DNA of 64,000 bases from IMG/VR virus record IMGVR_UViG_3300030385_002649, positions 62,001-126,000 of that record; one strand, written 5' to 3'. The translations under genes and the position numbers were made by a program. A model generated the notes under the pieces. It worked only from the letters and a program-made list of their open reading frames with translations. It made no database searches and was not told the origin of the DNA. Position 1 is the first letter of the stretch. Every line of letters starts with the position of its first letter. This document shows positions 35,212-45,273 of this stretch, one piece after another.

Positions 35212-36144
35212 ATGCAATCGAAAATTTATCCAATAGCTAACTTTCCAAACTGGAAGGCAGCTTGTGACGCAGCCCACAAATGGCTACGTGAAAGTGGTAA
35301 AGAAACCACTCTTCTTTTCGAACAAAACAGAAATCTAGGGGACACTCTACATTTAACGCCAATCATACGGCATTATAGGTTAGAAAACCCAGACGCCGCT
35401 ATTGTTTTCCTAGTAGGTAGACCATATTCTGGCGCTCACGAGTTTAATCCGGATATTGATAAAATCTTTTGTGTTCCAGTTCTTAAACCTAAAGACAGGG
35501 TTGCGCTCCGAAAACACATTATTAGTTTCAAGGATGTTACGAAGGTGATTGCTCCATCTATTTTCCCGTATGCTGACATTTGGAAAGAATTATCTTGGTC
35601 ATATGCTGACATTGCTAGTCAATATTTTGCAAACGCTGAAATTGAAGGCATTGAACCGAAAGGTGGTCGCAACTTGATTGTGAAAATCACGGATGCGGAC
35701 CGAAAATGGGCTAAAGGTTTCATGAAGAGGCATAACTTAAAAAGGAAAACCTCTTGTGTTTTAGAGTATAACTCTTATTCCGCTCAGCCTGTTTGGCGTG
35801 CGCCGAAGTTTACTAAATTTGTACAACATGCCAAGAAACATGGCATTAAGTGCATCAGCATTGCTGGTAAGAAAGAGAAAGCTATTCCTGGTACGATTGA
35901 CGCTACTGGTATTTCTTGGCGTCAATCGGTCGCTCTATTCAATGAAGTTGGTAGTTTTATTGGTGTTGGTTCGGGTCTTACGATGCTAGCTGCATCTGCT
36001 GATAATTCACCTAACATTCTGGAGATCGCAGTAGATGACCCAGTAAATATGAACGGTTGCGGCTATGCTACTAGCATCAAGATACTCAATCCTGATCCTG
36101 TCAACGTCGCTGATCATTTATGGTTTAAGGTACTAAATGGCTAA
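35212..36144 (+). CDS. GT9-like glycosyltransferase, paralog 2
   Basis: NLGDTLHLTPII...ENPDAAI; FIGVGSGLTMLAAS. Confidence 0.8.
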   Translation: MQSKIYPIANFPNWKAACDAAHKWLRESGKETTLLFEQNRNLGDTLHLTPIIRHYRLENPDAAIVFLVGRPYSGAHEFNPDIDKIFCVPVLKPKDRVALRKHIISFKDVTKVIAPSIFPYADIWKELSWSYADIASQYFANAEIEGIEPKGGRNLIVKITDADRKWAKGFMKRHNLKRKTSCVLEYNSYSAQPVWRAPKFTKFVQHAKKHGIKCISIAGKKEKAIPGTIDATGISWRQSVALFNEVGSFIGVGSGLTMLAASADNSPNILEIAVDDPVNMNGCGYATSIKILNPDPVNVADHLWFKVLNG

Positions 36145-36538
36145 GAATAAGAATGATAATTTTACTTTCAAAGAAAAGGAGGAAATGCCTTTTGCTAAAG
36201 TAACAAAGAAGGGTGAAGCTCGAAAAGACTTCCATCCCAAGAACACATGGGAGTTCGACATCACTGAATTTCTAGAAGATGTGATTCCAAAGGACTACTT
36301 CGCCACTACTGGAGAAGCTGTAGTAAAAATGCGCAAGCTTGAAAATGATTTGTTCGCTCAGGCTGGCCTGGCACGCAAACTTGGAAACACTTTGGAGAAA
36401 CTGAAGGGTGAGAACATTTACATGGAGACTTGCTGGACCGGAGGAAGGTTACTTCTGAAGGCGAAGAATCCACGTAAAAACCGCGAAGCTAAGCTTGAGG
36501 CATTGTGGGAGAACTTTGAAGGCGGGAAGAAACAATGA
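36137..36538 (+). CDS. hypothetical protein (133 aa)
   Basis: Coupled ORF. Confidence 0.7.
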   Translation: MAKNKNDNFTFKEKEEMPFAKVTKKGEARKDFHPKNTWEFDITEFLEDVIPKDYFATTGEAVVKMRKLENDLFAQAGLARKLGNTLEKLKGENIYMETCWTGGRLLLKAKNPRKNREAKLEALWENFEGGKKQ

Positions 36539-36762
36539 GCCCCGAAGAAGCCTCGTTTCCCATTAGATTAGCTCAAGCCGAGCATCTTTTGGCGGCTCTT
36601 GAAACACTTCCCCCGGATCAGAAGATCTCTGTTACTCACACGGATCTGGTCAAGCGTATCTCACGAGTCAGGGATACCTGGAAGAAATCTGAGGTTGCAC
36701 GCAAAGACCGTCGCGCCCCAGTTAAAACCAAGTCTCAGTTCAAGAGAAAGCCAAAGCCTTAA
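36535..36762 (+). CDS. hypothetical protein (75 aa)
   Basis: ATGA upstream and TAATG downstream overlaps. Confidence 0.65.
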   Translation: MSPEEASFPIRLAQAEHLLAALETLPPDQKISVTHTDLVKRISRVRDTWKKSEVARKDRRAPVKTKSQFKRKPKP

Positions 36763-37424
36763 TGAGCGGAAAATTTGTAGTCTTTGAAGGTGTCGACAAT
36801 AGCGGGAAGACCACCGTAGCAACACGCATAAAAGAATGGCTAGAAAGCAGAAAAGTGCAAGCGATTCTAACGAAGCATCCTGGATCCACAGCTGTTGGGC
36901 AGGAGCTTCGTCAGATTCTAAAGCACTCAGAGCACCCTATTGACCCAAATTCACAAGCATTACTTTTCGCTGCTGACAACAGTCTGTTTATTAACAACAT
37001 TCTGAAGCCCGCTAAGAAGACCGGATGCTGGATTCTGTGCGACCGAAACAACTTCATCAGTTCCCTCGCCTACCAGATCGCCTCAGGGTGTGATTTCGAC
37101 CACCTAGACAACGTCCACGCGGCCACGGGAAATACCGAAGATACAAAAATCGACGTGCTCTTCGTCTTTTACTGCTCGTGGGAAAACACGAAGCTCCGTA
37201 AGTCTCTAGCGGGTGATGAAGTGCCCGACCGATACGAAGATCAGGGCAGGGATTACTTTAACAAACTTCACGATTGTTATGATAAATTGCTGTCCGAGCA
37301 ATCCGGGCGTCTTCAGAAGTTTGTCAAGGACTTAGACAACGTCCATTACATCGACGCTAATCGAACTCTAGATGAAGTAATCGGCGAGATTAAAGGGATC
37401 CTAGAAGTTAATCTTCGAGGATGA
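36762..37424 (+). CDS. tmk: thymidylate kinase
   Basis: FVVFEGVDNSGKTT, ALLFAAD, CDRN..SSLAYQ, RYE, IDAN. Confidence 0.92.
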   Translation: MSGKFVVFEGVDNSGKTTVATRIKEWLESRKVQAILTKHPGSTAVGQELRQILKHSEHPIDPNSQALLFAADNSLFINNILKPAKKTGCWILCDRNNFISSLAYQIASGCDFDHLDNVHAATGNTEDTKIDVLFVFYCSWENTKLRKSLAGDEVPDRYEDQGRDYFNKLHDCYDKLLSEQSGRLQKFVKDLDNVHYIDANRTLDEVIGEIKGILEVNLRG

Positions 37425-37727
37425 GATCATTAGAGTCGCAATGATTAACACTACCGTAACGTATCCCCAATCGATGTTCCATCTTGCTGACTTTGGCTCT
37501 ACGGGCTGAGGCACAAATGATGGCTCTTCGTCACGGAACTCTAGCTTACCTTTTAACTTCCTCAGGCGGTCTATTTTGTCGTCTGTGGGACCAGCTGCTA
37601 CCACTTCAATTGGGTATAGCCGCATCTTGTAAATCTTGGCTAAAAAGCCTTCGTAGTTTGGAGCCTCGATGACGCCTTCATGGACTTTGTCCTTAGCGTC
37701 GACGGCTTTGTACTTGAACTTTCTCAT
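37401..37727 (-). CDS. PilC/GspF N-terminal-like domain + single C-terminal TM helix
   Basis: MRKFKYKAVDAKDKVHEGVIEAP...KMRLYPIEV; TM WGYVTVVLIIATLMI; no GspF core domains. Confidence 0.65.
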   Translation of the reverse strand: MRKFKYKAVDAKDKVHEGVIEAPNYEGFLAKIYKMRLYPIEVVAAGPTDDKIDRLRKLKGKLEFRDEEPSFVPQPVEPKSARWNIDWGYVTVVLIIATLMISSSKINF

Positions 37728-37756
37728 CACTATATTGTACGCTTAAGGAAACATCG

Positions 37757-38200
37757 ATGAACGAAATTGACACAGTATCCCTCGAATATATGCTAATTCA
37801 TGAAGACGCTATTCTTCCAAGTAAGAAACGCCAAGAAGATGCTGGATATGACATCTACACAATTGAAACTAAGATCATTCCGGCTAGGAGTATCTTATCA
37901 TTTAGCACTGGTATTAGAGCGGCGTGCCCTTTAGGCTGGTTTATGAGCATTCGTGGCAGATCCAGTCTTGGGTTTAAAGGGATCAAACCATTTATCGGTA
38001 CATTAGACGCAGGCTACAATGGAGAACTAAAAGTCTTGCTAGAAAATTTTGGAGATGAGCCTTACCAAGTAAATAAGGGTGACAGAATTGCTCAACTAAT
38101 CTTAGAGCGTCAAACAGAAGTAAAGTTTGTTGAAATAGAAGAGTTCTCTCCAGAGTACAACAAGCGCGGAACTGATGGATTCGGAAGCAGTGGAAAATAA
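37757..38200 (+). CDS. dut: trimeric dUTPase
   Basis: AGYD, GRSSLG, GTLDAGYNGE, GDRIAQL, RGTDGFGSSG. Confidence 0.95.
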   Translation: MNEIDTVSLEYMLIHEDAILPSKKRQEDAGYDIYTIETKIIPARSILSFSTGIRAACPLGWFMSIRGRSSLGFKGIKPFIGTLDAGYNGELKVLLENFGDEPYQVNKGDRIAQLILERQTEVKFVEIEEFSPEYNKRGTDGFGSSGK

Positions 38201-38535
38201 TGCTAATAATCGTATACGCTAGAATAATCGACAACAAGAAGAACGGTCTAGAGATGGAAGGGCCATTCCTTGGTCCGGAGTCTTCGACTATGGAAGAAGC
38301 ACATGCTCATTGCTCAGATCTAGTGACTGAAAGCAAGAATCATACTATTGTTCGTATTTATAACTTGGATGAGTTTAGCGAAAAGGGCGCTTTGGAAAAG
38401 GCCACCGAAAGCTTTGATAAGATCTATTCGGATATGCAACGAGCTTCTCGTATTATTGAGAAGCCCATTATTAAACGAAAAAGAAAAAAGAAGATTGTCG
38501 CTAGTACGCCTAGCGTTGTTCCCCAAAAAAGTTAA
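38200..38535 (+). CDS. hypothetical protein (111 aa)
   Basis: TAATG overlap with dut. Confidence 0.65.
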   Translation: MLIIVYARIIDNKKNGLEMEGPFLGPESSTMEEAHAHCSDLVTESKNHTIVRIYNLDEFSEKGALEKATESFDKIYSDMQRASRIIEKPIIKRKRKKKIVASTPSVVPQKS

Positions 38536-39277
38536 TATCTTCCGAAATTAACCTTGCGATGCTGGTTATGTTCCTGGAAATACTCTCGAATTCGATCTCT
38601 TCCTCTTGGGGCATGAGATCTTCTTCTGGTTGAGCAGGACCGGGTTCCCCACCTGGTGGTGGTTCTAGGTCGTCTAGACCTTCTCCGTCATCTGGTGCTG
38701 GCTCTTCTGGGAGTCCTAGATTTTCATCATCCACACCAAGTTCTCCCATGTCTGGGAGTGCGTCTTCTTCTTCCTCTGGTGGTTCTTCGACTTTGTCGAT
38801 TTTAACCACTGTGATCATTGGAAGAATGTCTTTACGCTTAATTTTAGAGTTAGGCCCGACGTCAATCTTTTGGTGACTAACTTCGAGACCTAACTCTCCA
38901 CGCACAGCATTGCCGAATTCTTTGTTCATGGCTTGGTAAAGGTTAACCTTTAGCTCATGCTCAAATTTATGCCTTATCTCTTGGTCTTCTAATTGCTTAG
39001 ATAGACGTTGTGCGAGGTCGCGCTGCTGTTGGATGTCGGGACAATGTAAGGATACGTTTTTGATGATGAAACCTGGTGGAATGAGCTTAACGGTCAGTCT
39101 CTTGATATCAAGCTCGCATCCATTGTCCTCGGCCACCTTTTTTAGAAGCCCGACCACATTATAGTAGTCGGACAATTCTAAACAGGATTCCCTTTTCCAG
39201 GCATCTGAGTACGCAGACATAACATTAGGATCCTCTGTTAAGAGTACAGCGATTTCCCTAATTTTATTATCTGCCAC
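38510..39277 (-). CDS. probable virion/head protein, acidic Pro-rich C-half, LTEDP motifs
   Basis: IAVLLTEDPNV at the N-terminus and IARLISEDINF at the C-terminus. Confidence 0.7.
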   Translation of the reverse strand: MADNKIREIAVLLTEDPNVMSAYSDAWKRESCLELSDYYNVVGLLKKVAEDNGCELDIKRLTVKLIPPGFIIKNVSLHCPDIQQQRDLAQRLSKQLEDQEIRHKFEHELKVNLYQAMNKEFGNAVRGELGLEVSHQKIDVGPNSKIKRKDILPMITVVKIDKVEEPPEEEEDALPDMGELGVDDENLGLPEEPAPDDGEGLDDLEPPPGGEPGPAQPEEDLMPQEEEIEFESISRNITSIARLISEDINFFGEQR

Positions 39278-39288
39278 AGATGGTTCCC

Positions 39289-39783
39289 TTATCTGCGCCT
39301 GCGAGGACGAGGACGACGACCGCTAAAGACATCTGGGTCTTCAGTCAGTAAGTTAGCGATGCGATTGACGCTTTCGCCATAACATTCGCCAGCAACTTCT
39401 TCGCCACCGCCGAAGTCATCAAGACCTTCCTCAGTGTCATCGAGGTCGAGTGCTGCGTCTCCGTCAGCTTCTAGACCACCCATTTCGTCTCCGCCGAGAT
39501 CAAGGCCACCTTCGTCGCCTCCACCAGCTAGAGCGCCCCAGGCACTATCTACTGCACTCATGACTGCGTCTTCGAACTCTTGGCGAGTACACGTTACGCT
39601 TTCTTCTTCTTCGGCTCCGAGGTCGTCGCCCATGTCACCCATCTCTTCGTCTCCGCCGAGATCGAGGCCGCCTTCGTCGCCTCCGAGGTCCATGTCGTCG
39701 TCGCCTTCGTCGCCCATGTCTAGATCGAAATCATCGTCCATTTCATTCATAGGTCCCATTCCGATACCGCCCATTCCAGTCAT
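39289..39783 (-). CDS. very acidic Gly/Asp/Met-rich protein (scaffold-like) with DLGGDE repeats
   Basis: GGDEGGLDLGGDE twice; C-terminal IANLLTEDPDVF + poly-Arg. Confidence 0.7.
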   Translation of the reverse strand: MTGMGGIGMGPMNEMDDDFDLDMGDEGDDDMDLGGDEGGLDLGGDEEMGDMGDDLGAEEEESVTCTRQEFEDAVMSAVDSAWGALAGGGDEGGLDLGGDEMGGLEADGDAALDLDDTEEGLDDFGGGEEVAGECYGESVNRIANLLTEDPDVFSGRRPRPRRRR

Positions 39784-39805
39784 ATTATCTGACCCTTCTT
39801 AGATT

Positions 39806-39812
39806 TATTTTT
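39806..39812 (-). promoter_or_regulatory. AAAAATA putative late promoter
   Basis: In the intergenic gap upstream of ATG39783. Confidence 0.4.
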
Positions 39813-39844
39813 GTGTGGTTCACTGTTTATCTACTTGGGATTAA

Positions 39845-39869
39845 TGTAGCTCTTATACAAAGAGCTACA
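39845..39869 (-). terminator. hairpin spanning the stop codon of the 938-aa gene
   Basis: TGTAGCTCTT-ataca-AAGAGCTACA (10-bp stem); weak T-tract. Confidence 0.45.
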
Positions 39870-42681
39870 CTGACCGCCCAGCTTGATGCAATAACTTAAT
39901 TATTAAACTAAAAGACTTAGGATCCAAAAGACTAGTTGTTTCACCAACTTGATTAGGATTGTGACTTTGCTCACTCGTATTTTGTTTTACGAATTGTGCA
40001 AGATTACCATTAGAAACAGCCTTCAAGAGTCCTCCTAATAAATAATAAGTCTCGACTGACATATTGCCGTTATTGTGCGTCTTCTCAACATACTGATAAA
40101 ACGCTTTCATGGCTTCAGGTTTTGCGATGCCGGAGGATTTAACAGCATTGAGAATAACAGATTGTTTTCTTCTTGCCTCACGAGTGCTCGGGGTGGCCAA
40201 AGGCGCTTTACTTCTTATCCTTTCTTTTTCCTGATGATCTTTACTATGTCCTAAGGACCGCGTGACAAGGTCTTCATCCTTCTCATCTTCAGACTTAAAT
40301 ATGTCCTTCTCAGCTTGAGCCATCCTATTATTGGTTTTATTGCCCATAAAGTTCTTGTTTTTATACGCTTTATGCCCTCCAGCTTTATTGATAGTATTAA
40401 TTGCCGTCTTAAAGTGCTTGTGGTTCCCCAGTCCGTCTTCTTTGTCATTTAAAGAATTCTTGACAAATTCTATAAGGTTGTTTTCTCCCATAGCTTTCGA
40501 AACTTTATACATTAGGCTATAAGCCTCAGTAGATAAAGACTGTCCCAAATTACGATGAAGAAAATTATCAAAGCTGCGCCTAGCTTTAGGAGACGCAGCT
40601 ATTCCAGACAGTTTGACTGCGTCTAAGAAAACCTTTTGTGCTCTAGATTCTTTTTCCCTTTTTGGAGCCTTTTCTCTAAAGCGAGCCTGCCTACCAGCTG
40701 TAAAATCACCAGCGCCTGGCTGATCCGAAGCGAATTCCCTTTTCTTTTGGGCCAATTCTTTAGGACTCAACACACTCCCCCTGACGTCTTTGCCCCATGC
40801 GGCCTGGCCTTTTCTCTTGGCAATTTTCTGATCTTTATCCTTAGCTGTTTGTTCAGCCTTCTCTAGCTCATCAGGATTAGTGGCTTGTAAAGCCTCACGA
40901 GCTTCTTCTCCGCCTCTCATCTTGACATATTCTTGATAGGCTGGAGAGCCGGATTTTTTCAAAACCCTATGTAACATGCCAGGATCTCTAGCAAGAGACT
41001 TAGCAAGCTTCTGATATATTAACGACATTTGAGCAAGACGAATGTCCGCTTTTGAAAGAGGGCCTCCAAAAGCTTTAGCGATTGCCTTCAATTTCTTCTC
41101 TAATATCATTTCCTCGACGGACTTTTCAAGAATAACCCTATCAATGGACTCATTCACTTGAGACGATCTTTGATATTCAACAACACGAGCTGTCACAAAA
41201 TTGAGGATGTCATTAAAATCCACAACTTTGTTCATGTCTTTAACATCACCATTAGAATACTTCATCAAAAGCTGAGGTTTCCTAGCGACTTTTAATAATG
41301 TTTCAAGATCCTTATTAGCAAGAGACGAAATGATGCCAGAGAGGCTCCCATTATCACTTGGATCAGCCCTTTGGTAAGCTTTTAGAAGGCGGTCTTTAGG
41401 TGTACCGCCGATATACTGTGTAAAGTACGCTCTTGCATTGCCAGGGGTTTCTTCAGTTTTAGAGACAGCATGTCTTAGATTAGGAGAAAATAATTGATTA
41501 TATTCCTGCGCTGCCTGAGCGTCTTCCCCGCTCTTGGCCATATTGCTTGCTGCAGACAAGTATTCCCAGACGTGACTTTCATTAGGAGATTCTATGTTCG
41601 TCCAATAAGGCGCGGAAAGGTCAATGTTAGCGAACTTATAAGCTGGTATTTTAGTGCCATCTGGGCCTTTTTTAAGCCCTCTAACCCTTACAACCAAATT
41701 AGTTGGAGCACGCTTGATGATGTCGATTCTTTTTCTAGCGTGCTCCGAGGCTTTTTGATCGTTTTGAGCCTCAATAGACCCTCCAACTTCGACGCCGTCG
41801 TCACGGGCGTCAGACTTGACAGGCCCTCCGACTGTTCCTTTTGGCTTTTCTTTACTAAACGCCTTAGCGCCTCTCGCCAGATTTCTAGCTTTAACATCTT
41901 CTGGATTAAATTGCAGACCGCGATTTTTCTGCTTGATTGGTGAACCCGGCTCAACATTAGGCTCAGTTGGTCTGGGTGATGCTTTAACTTTAGACTTACG
42001 GTCGCTGAGACTTTGGTTCCTATCTAGTCTAGGAGTCGCTCTAATTTTTTCAATTTCGCTCTGAGTTGGATCTTCGGATTCTTCCTCTTCAGGTGCTTCT
42101 TCAGCCTGCTCTATACCAAGCTGTTTAGCGTAACCTTTGAAAAAATCATTGTTGATACCTATGCTCTTAGCGTCAGAAGACGTTAAGAGACCATAAAATC
42201 CTCCGAGCTGGTTCTTAAAGTTCTCATTGTCTAAAAGATCTGGATTTTCAACTATATTGCCCCAGAGGTCTTTGCCAAATCCAGAAGCGGCCTTAGCCAG
42301 AGCCTTGGTCACCTTTCCTTTTGCGCTATTTCCTCCCCATGACCTTGCAAGAAGAGTAGCAATTTTATCGCGTTTGCTAGGGTTTAGAATGTCCGAGAAG
42401 AATCCGATTAATCTTAGGGAATTTTCGCTATCGCCAGCTTTTAGAACTGCGTCGTGGACTCTCTTGAACCCACCTTTTTCTTTTAGCATGCCGTTGATTA
42501 TGCCGACGCTGGACATTTTTCCTTTTAGCAAGGCACTTAGTGCTTCTACCTTACCAGTATAAGGTGTAGTAGGTTCCTTATCATCTTCTTCTTTGAGAAG
42601 GTCCATATACTCATTGACGATAGAGCTTGCAACAACCCCATTTTCAATGAATGATTTATTAAGCTTGTCTAGAAAATCCAT
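39865..42681 (-). CDS. large basic hypothetical (938 aa), probable internal head/ejected protein
   Basis: Several [ILV]-x-E sites (FIE, VNE, LKE, ILE); duplicated ~65-aa C-terminal unit. Confidence 0.75.
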   Translation of the reverse strand: MDFLDKLNKSFIENGVVASSIVNEYMDLLKEEDDKEPTTPYTGKVEALSALLKGKMSSVGIINGMLKEKGGFKRVHDAVLKAGDSENSLRLIGFFSDILNPSKRDKIATLLARSWGGNSAKGKVTKALAKAASGFGKDLWGNIVENPDLLDNENFKNQLGGFYGLLTSSDAKSIGINNDFFKGYAKQLGIEQAEEAPEEEESEDPTQSEIEKIRATPRLDRNQSLSDRKSKVKASPRPTEPNVEPGSPIKQKNRGLQFNPEDVKARNLARGAKAFSKEKPKGTVGGPVKSDARDDGVEVGGSIEAQNDQKASEHARKRIDIIKRAPTNLVVRVRGLKKGPDGTKIPAYKFANIDLSAPYWTNIESPNESHVWEYLSAASNMAKSGEDAQAAQEYNQLFSPNLRHAVSKTEETPGNARAYFTQYIGGTPKDRLLKAYQRADPSDNGSLSGIISSLANKDLETLLKVARKPQLLMKYSNGDVKDMNKVVDFNDILNFVTARVVEYQRSSQVNESIDRVILEKSVEEMILEKKLKAIAKAFGGPLSKADIRLAQMSLIYQKLAKSLARDPGMLHRVLKKSGSPAYQEYVKMRGGEEAREALQATNPDELEKAEQTAKDKDQKIAKRKGQAAWGKDVRGSVLSPKELAQKKREFASDQPGAGDFTAGRQARFREKAPKREKESRAQKVFLDAVKLSGIAASPKARRSFDNFLHRNLGQSLSTEAYSLMYKVSKAMGENNLIEFVKNSLNDKEDGLGNHKHFKTAINTINKAGGHKAYKNKNFMGNKTNNRMAQAEKDIFKSEDEKDEDLVTRSLGHSKDHQEKERIRSKAPLATPSTREARRKQSVILNAVKSSGIAKPEAMKAFYQYVEKTHNNGNMSVETYYLLGGLLKAVSNGNLAQFVKQNTSEQSHNPNQVGETTSLLDPKSFSLIIKLLHQAGRSV

Positions 42682-42881
42682 TACTTAGACTTACCCTTCT
42701 TCTTTTTTTTCTCGCCTTGAATGACGTTTAAGAACCTATCACGATCTTCATGACCACCTTTTAAGTGGCTCAAATTGCTTCGGCCCTTAACTTTAGGCTT
42801 GGCTTTACCTTTTGGATCCCCGTAGAAATCTTCTGAGGATTGGATGACATCGAGATCTTCGTACAACTTATTTAATTTCAT
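42681..42881 (-). CDS. small basic protein with MKLNKLYE leader
   Basis: ATG42881 overlaps the upstream TGA (ATGA); track start 42917. Confidence 0.7.
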   Translation of the reverse strand: MKLNKLYEDLDVIQSSEDFYGDPKGKAKPKVKGRSNLSHLKGGHEDRDRFLNVIQGEKKKKKGKSK

Positions 42882-43948
42882 CCTGGGTACTTGAACTGTT
42901 CCTTGAGTGGAACGCAAGTTCCCCTTCTTTCGTCAACAATAGCGGCACCAGCTGGTTCTTTGCTATTGTAACGGTTCTTAGATTCATTGAAAGCGCCAAG
43001 GTTTTTCTTGCGCCCACTTGGAACGTCCGTCCAACCGCATTCAACCATAGTTACGCCAGGCTTGTTTCCAGCGTCCTTCATGTCAGCCTCGATGAGGCCC
43101 TCATTAGAATCAACGGACATCATGTCAAGACCAAGGCCACCGCTACCCTGCGTTTTCAATCGGTTAATGTCATCGACAGAGATTTCTAGTTTATGCCTAA
43201 GATCACGATCAGTAACGATCATATACTTGAGAGGCTTTCTTCCAGAATCACCGGCTTTAATGTGTGACATGAGACCAAGAGCACCATTTACTGAATCGGA
43301 GATCCCAAAAGAGATTGTTGGTTGTACTCTTCTTTCTGGAGACCATCCCTCATGGTGGAAACCTTGACCAGCCAGAGTGTTGGACATTAGAATACAACGT
43401 TTAATAACGTCAGCGAAAATCCTCTGTGCCCTATCCTTGTCCGTATCACCCACATAGACGCTGACGGCGAATGTATCACCACCCAATCGGTAACACTCTG
43501 CTCTACTTGAACCGCCAAATTGGCTAGTGATGAGGTTTCCGATATATCCAATGACTGAATTGACTCCAATAGTTCCTAGACCGCTCTTTTCGTTAAGGTG
43601 CCTAGCATCGTCAACGTCGCCAACAACATAAATGAAGTTTTTCAGACCGTTTTCGTTGACATCATCGCTCGCCTCAGCATGCAGGGCCTTGAAAACGTGC
43701 CCGCCCTTTAAGCCAGTTACCACGTCTTTTTCTACTAGGTCTCTTAGCTCTTTATAAGCACTACCCGGGTTAGACTTGGACAAATCGTCTAGTCTTTCTA
43801 ATTCCTCGCACATATTGATGGCTAGGGAATTTTCTACTGGCCTATGTCCTGATACCGGTGGGTACCTGATAGGGTCTAAAGGAAGGTCTGAACTTTCTTT
43901 TAGTACTCCTCGGTAGCTTCTCTTGCCGTATAGGTCTTCTAATTTCAT
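42878..43948 (-). CDS. GGDEF-like (diguanylate-cyclase fold) protein with MKLEDLY leader
   Basis: DVVTGL, GDVDDARHLNE..G, YRLGGDTFAV, TISFGIS. Confidence 0.8.
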   Translation of the reverse strand: MKLEDLYGKRSYRGVLKESSDLPLDPIRYPPVSGHRPVENSLAINMCEELERLDDLSKSNPGSAYKELRDLVEKDVVTGLKGGHVFKALHAEASDDVNENGLKNFIYVVGDVDDARHLNEKSGLGTIGVNSVIGYIGNLITSQFGGSSRAECYRLGGDTFAVSVYVGDTDKDRAQRIFADVIKRCILMSNTLAGQGFHHEGWSPERRVQPTISFGISDSVNGALGLMSHIKAGDSGRKPLKYMIVTDRDLRHKLEISVDDINRLKTQGSGGLGLDMMSVDSNEGLIEADMKDAGNKPGVTMVECGWTDVPSGRKKNLGAFNESKNRYNSKEPAGAAIVDERRGTCVPLKEQFKYPG

Positions 43949-43974
43949 ACGTTATGTCCCAACCTTATGTTTAA

Positions 43975-45272
<1,298 letters not shown>

Positions 45273-45273
<1 letters not shown>

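Noticed and set aside
20616-36144. Bacterial chromosome LPS locus rather than phage
   Set aside because: The genes are interleaved with LLTEDP-tagged proteins, HExxH paralogs and TAAAAATA boxes shared with the virion block, and no housekeeping neighbours are present. Chimerism still needs a read-level check.
39434-39802. + strand Ser/Pro/Arg-rich ORF
   Set aside because: Antisense shadow of the acidic low-complexity gene 39289..39783.
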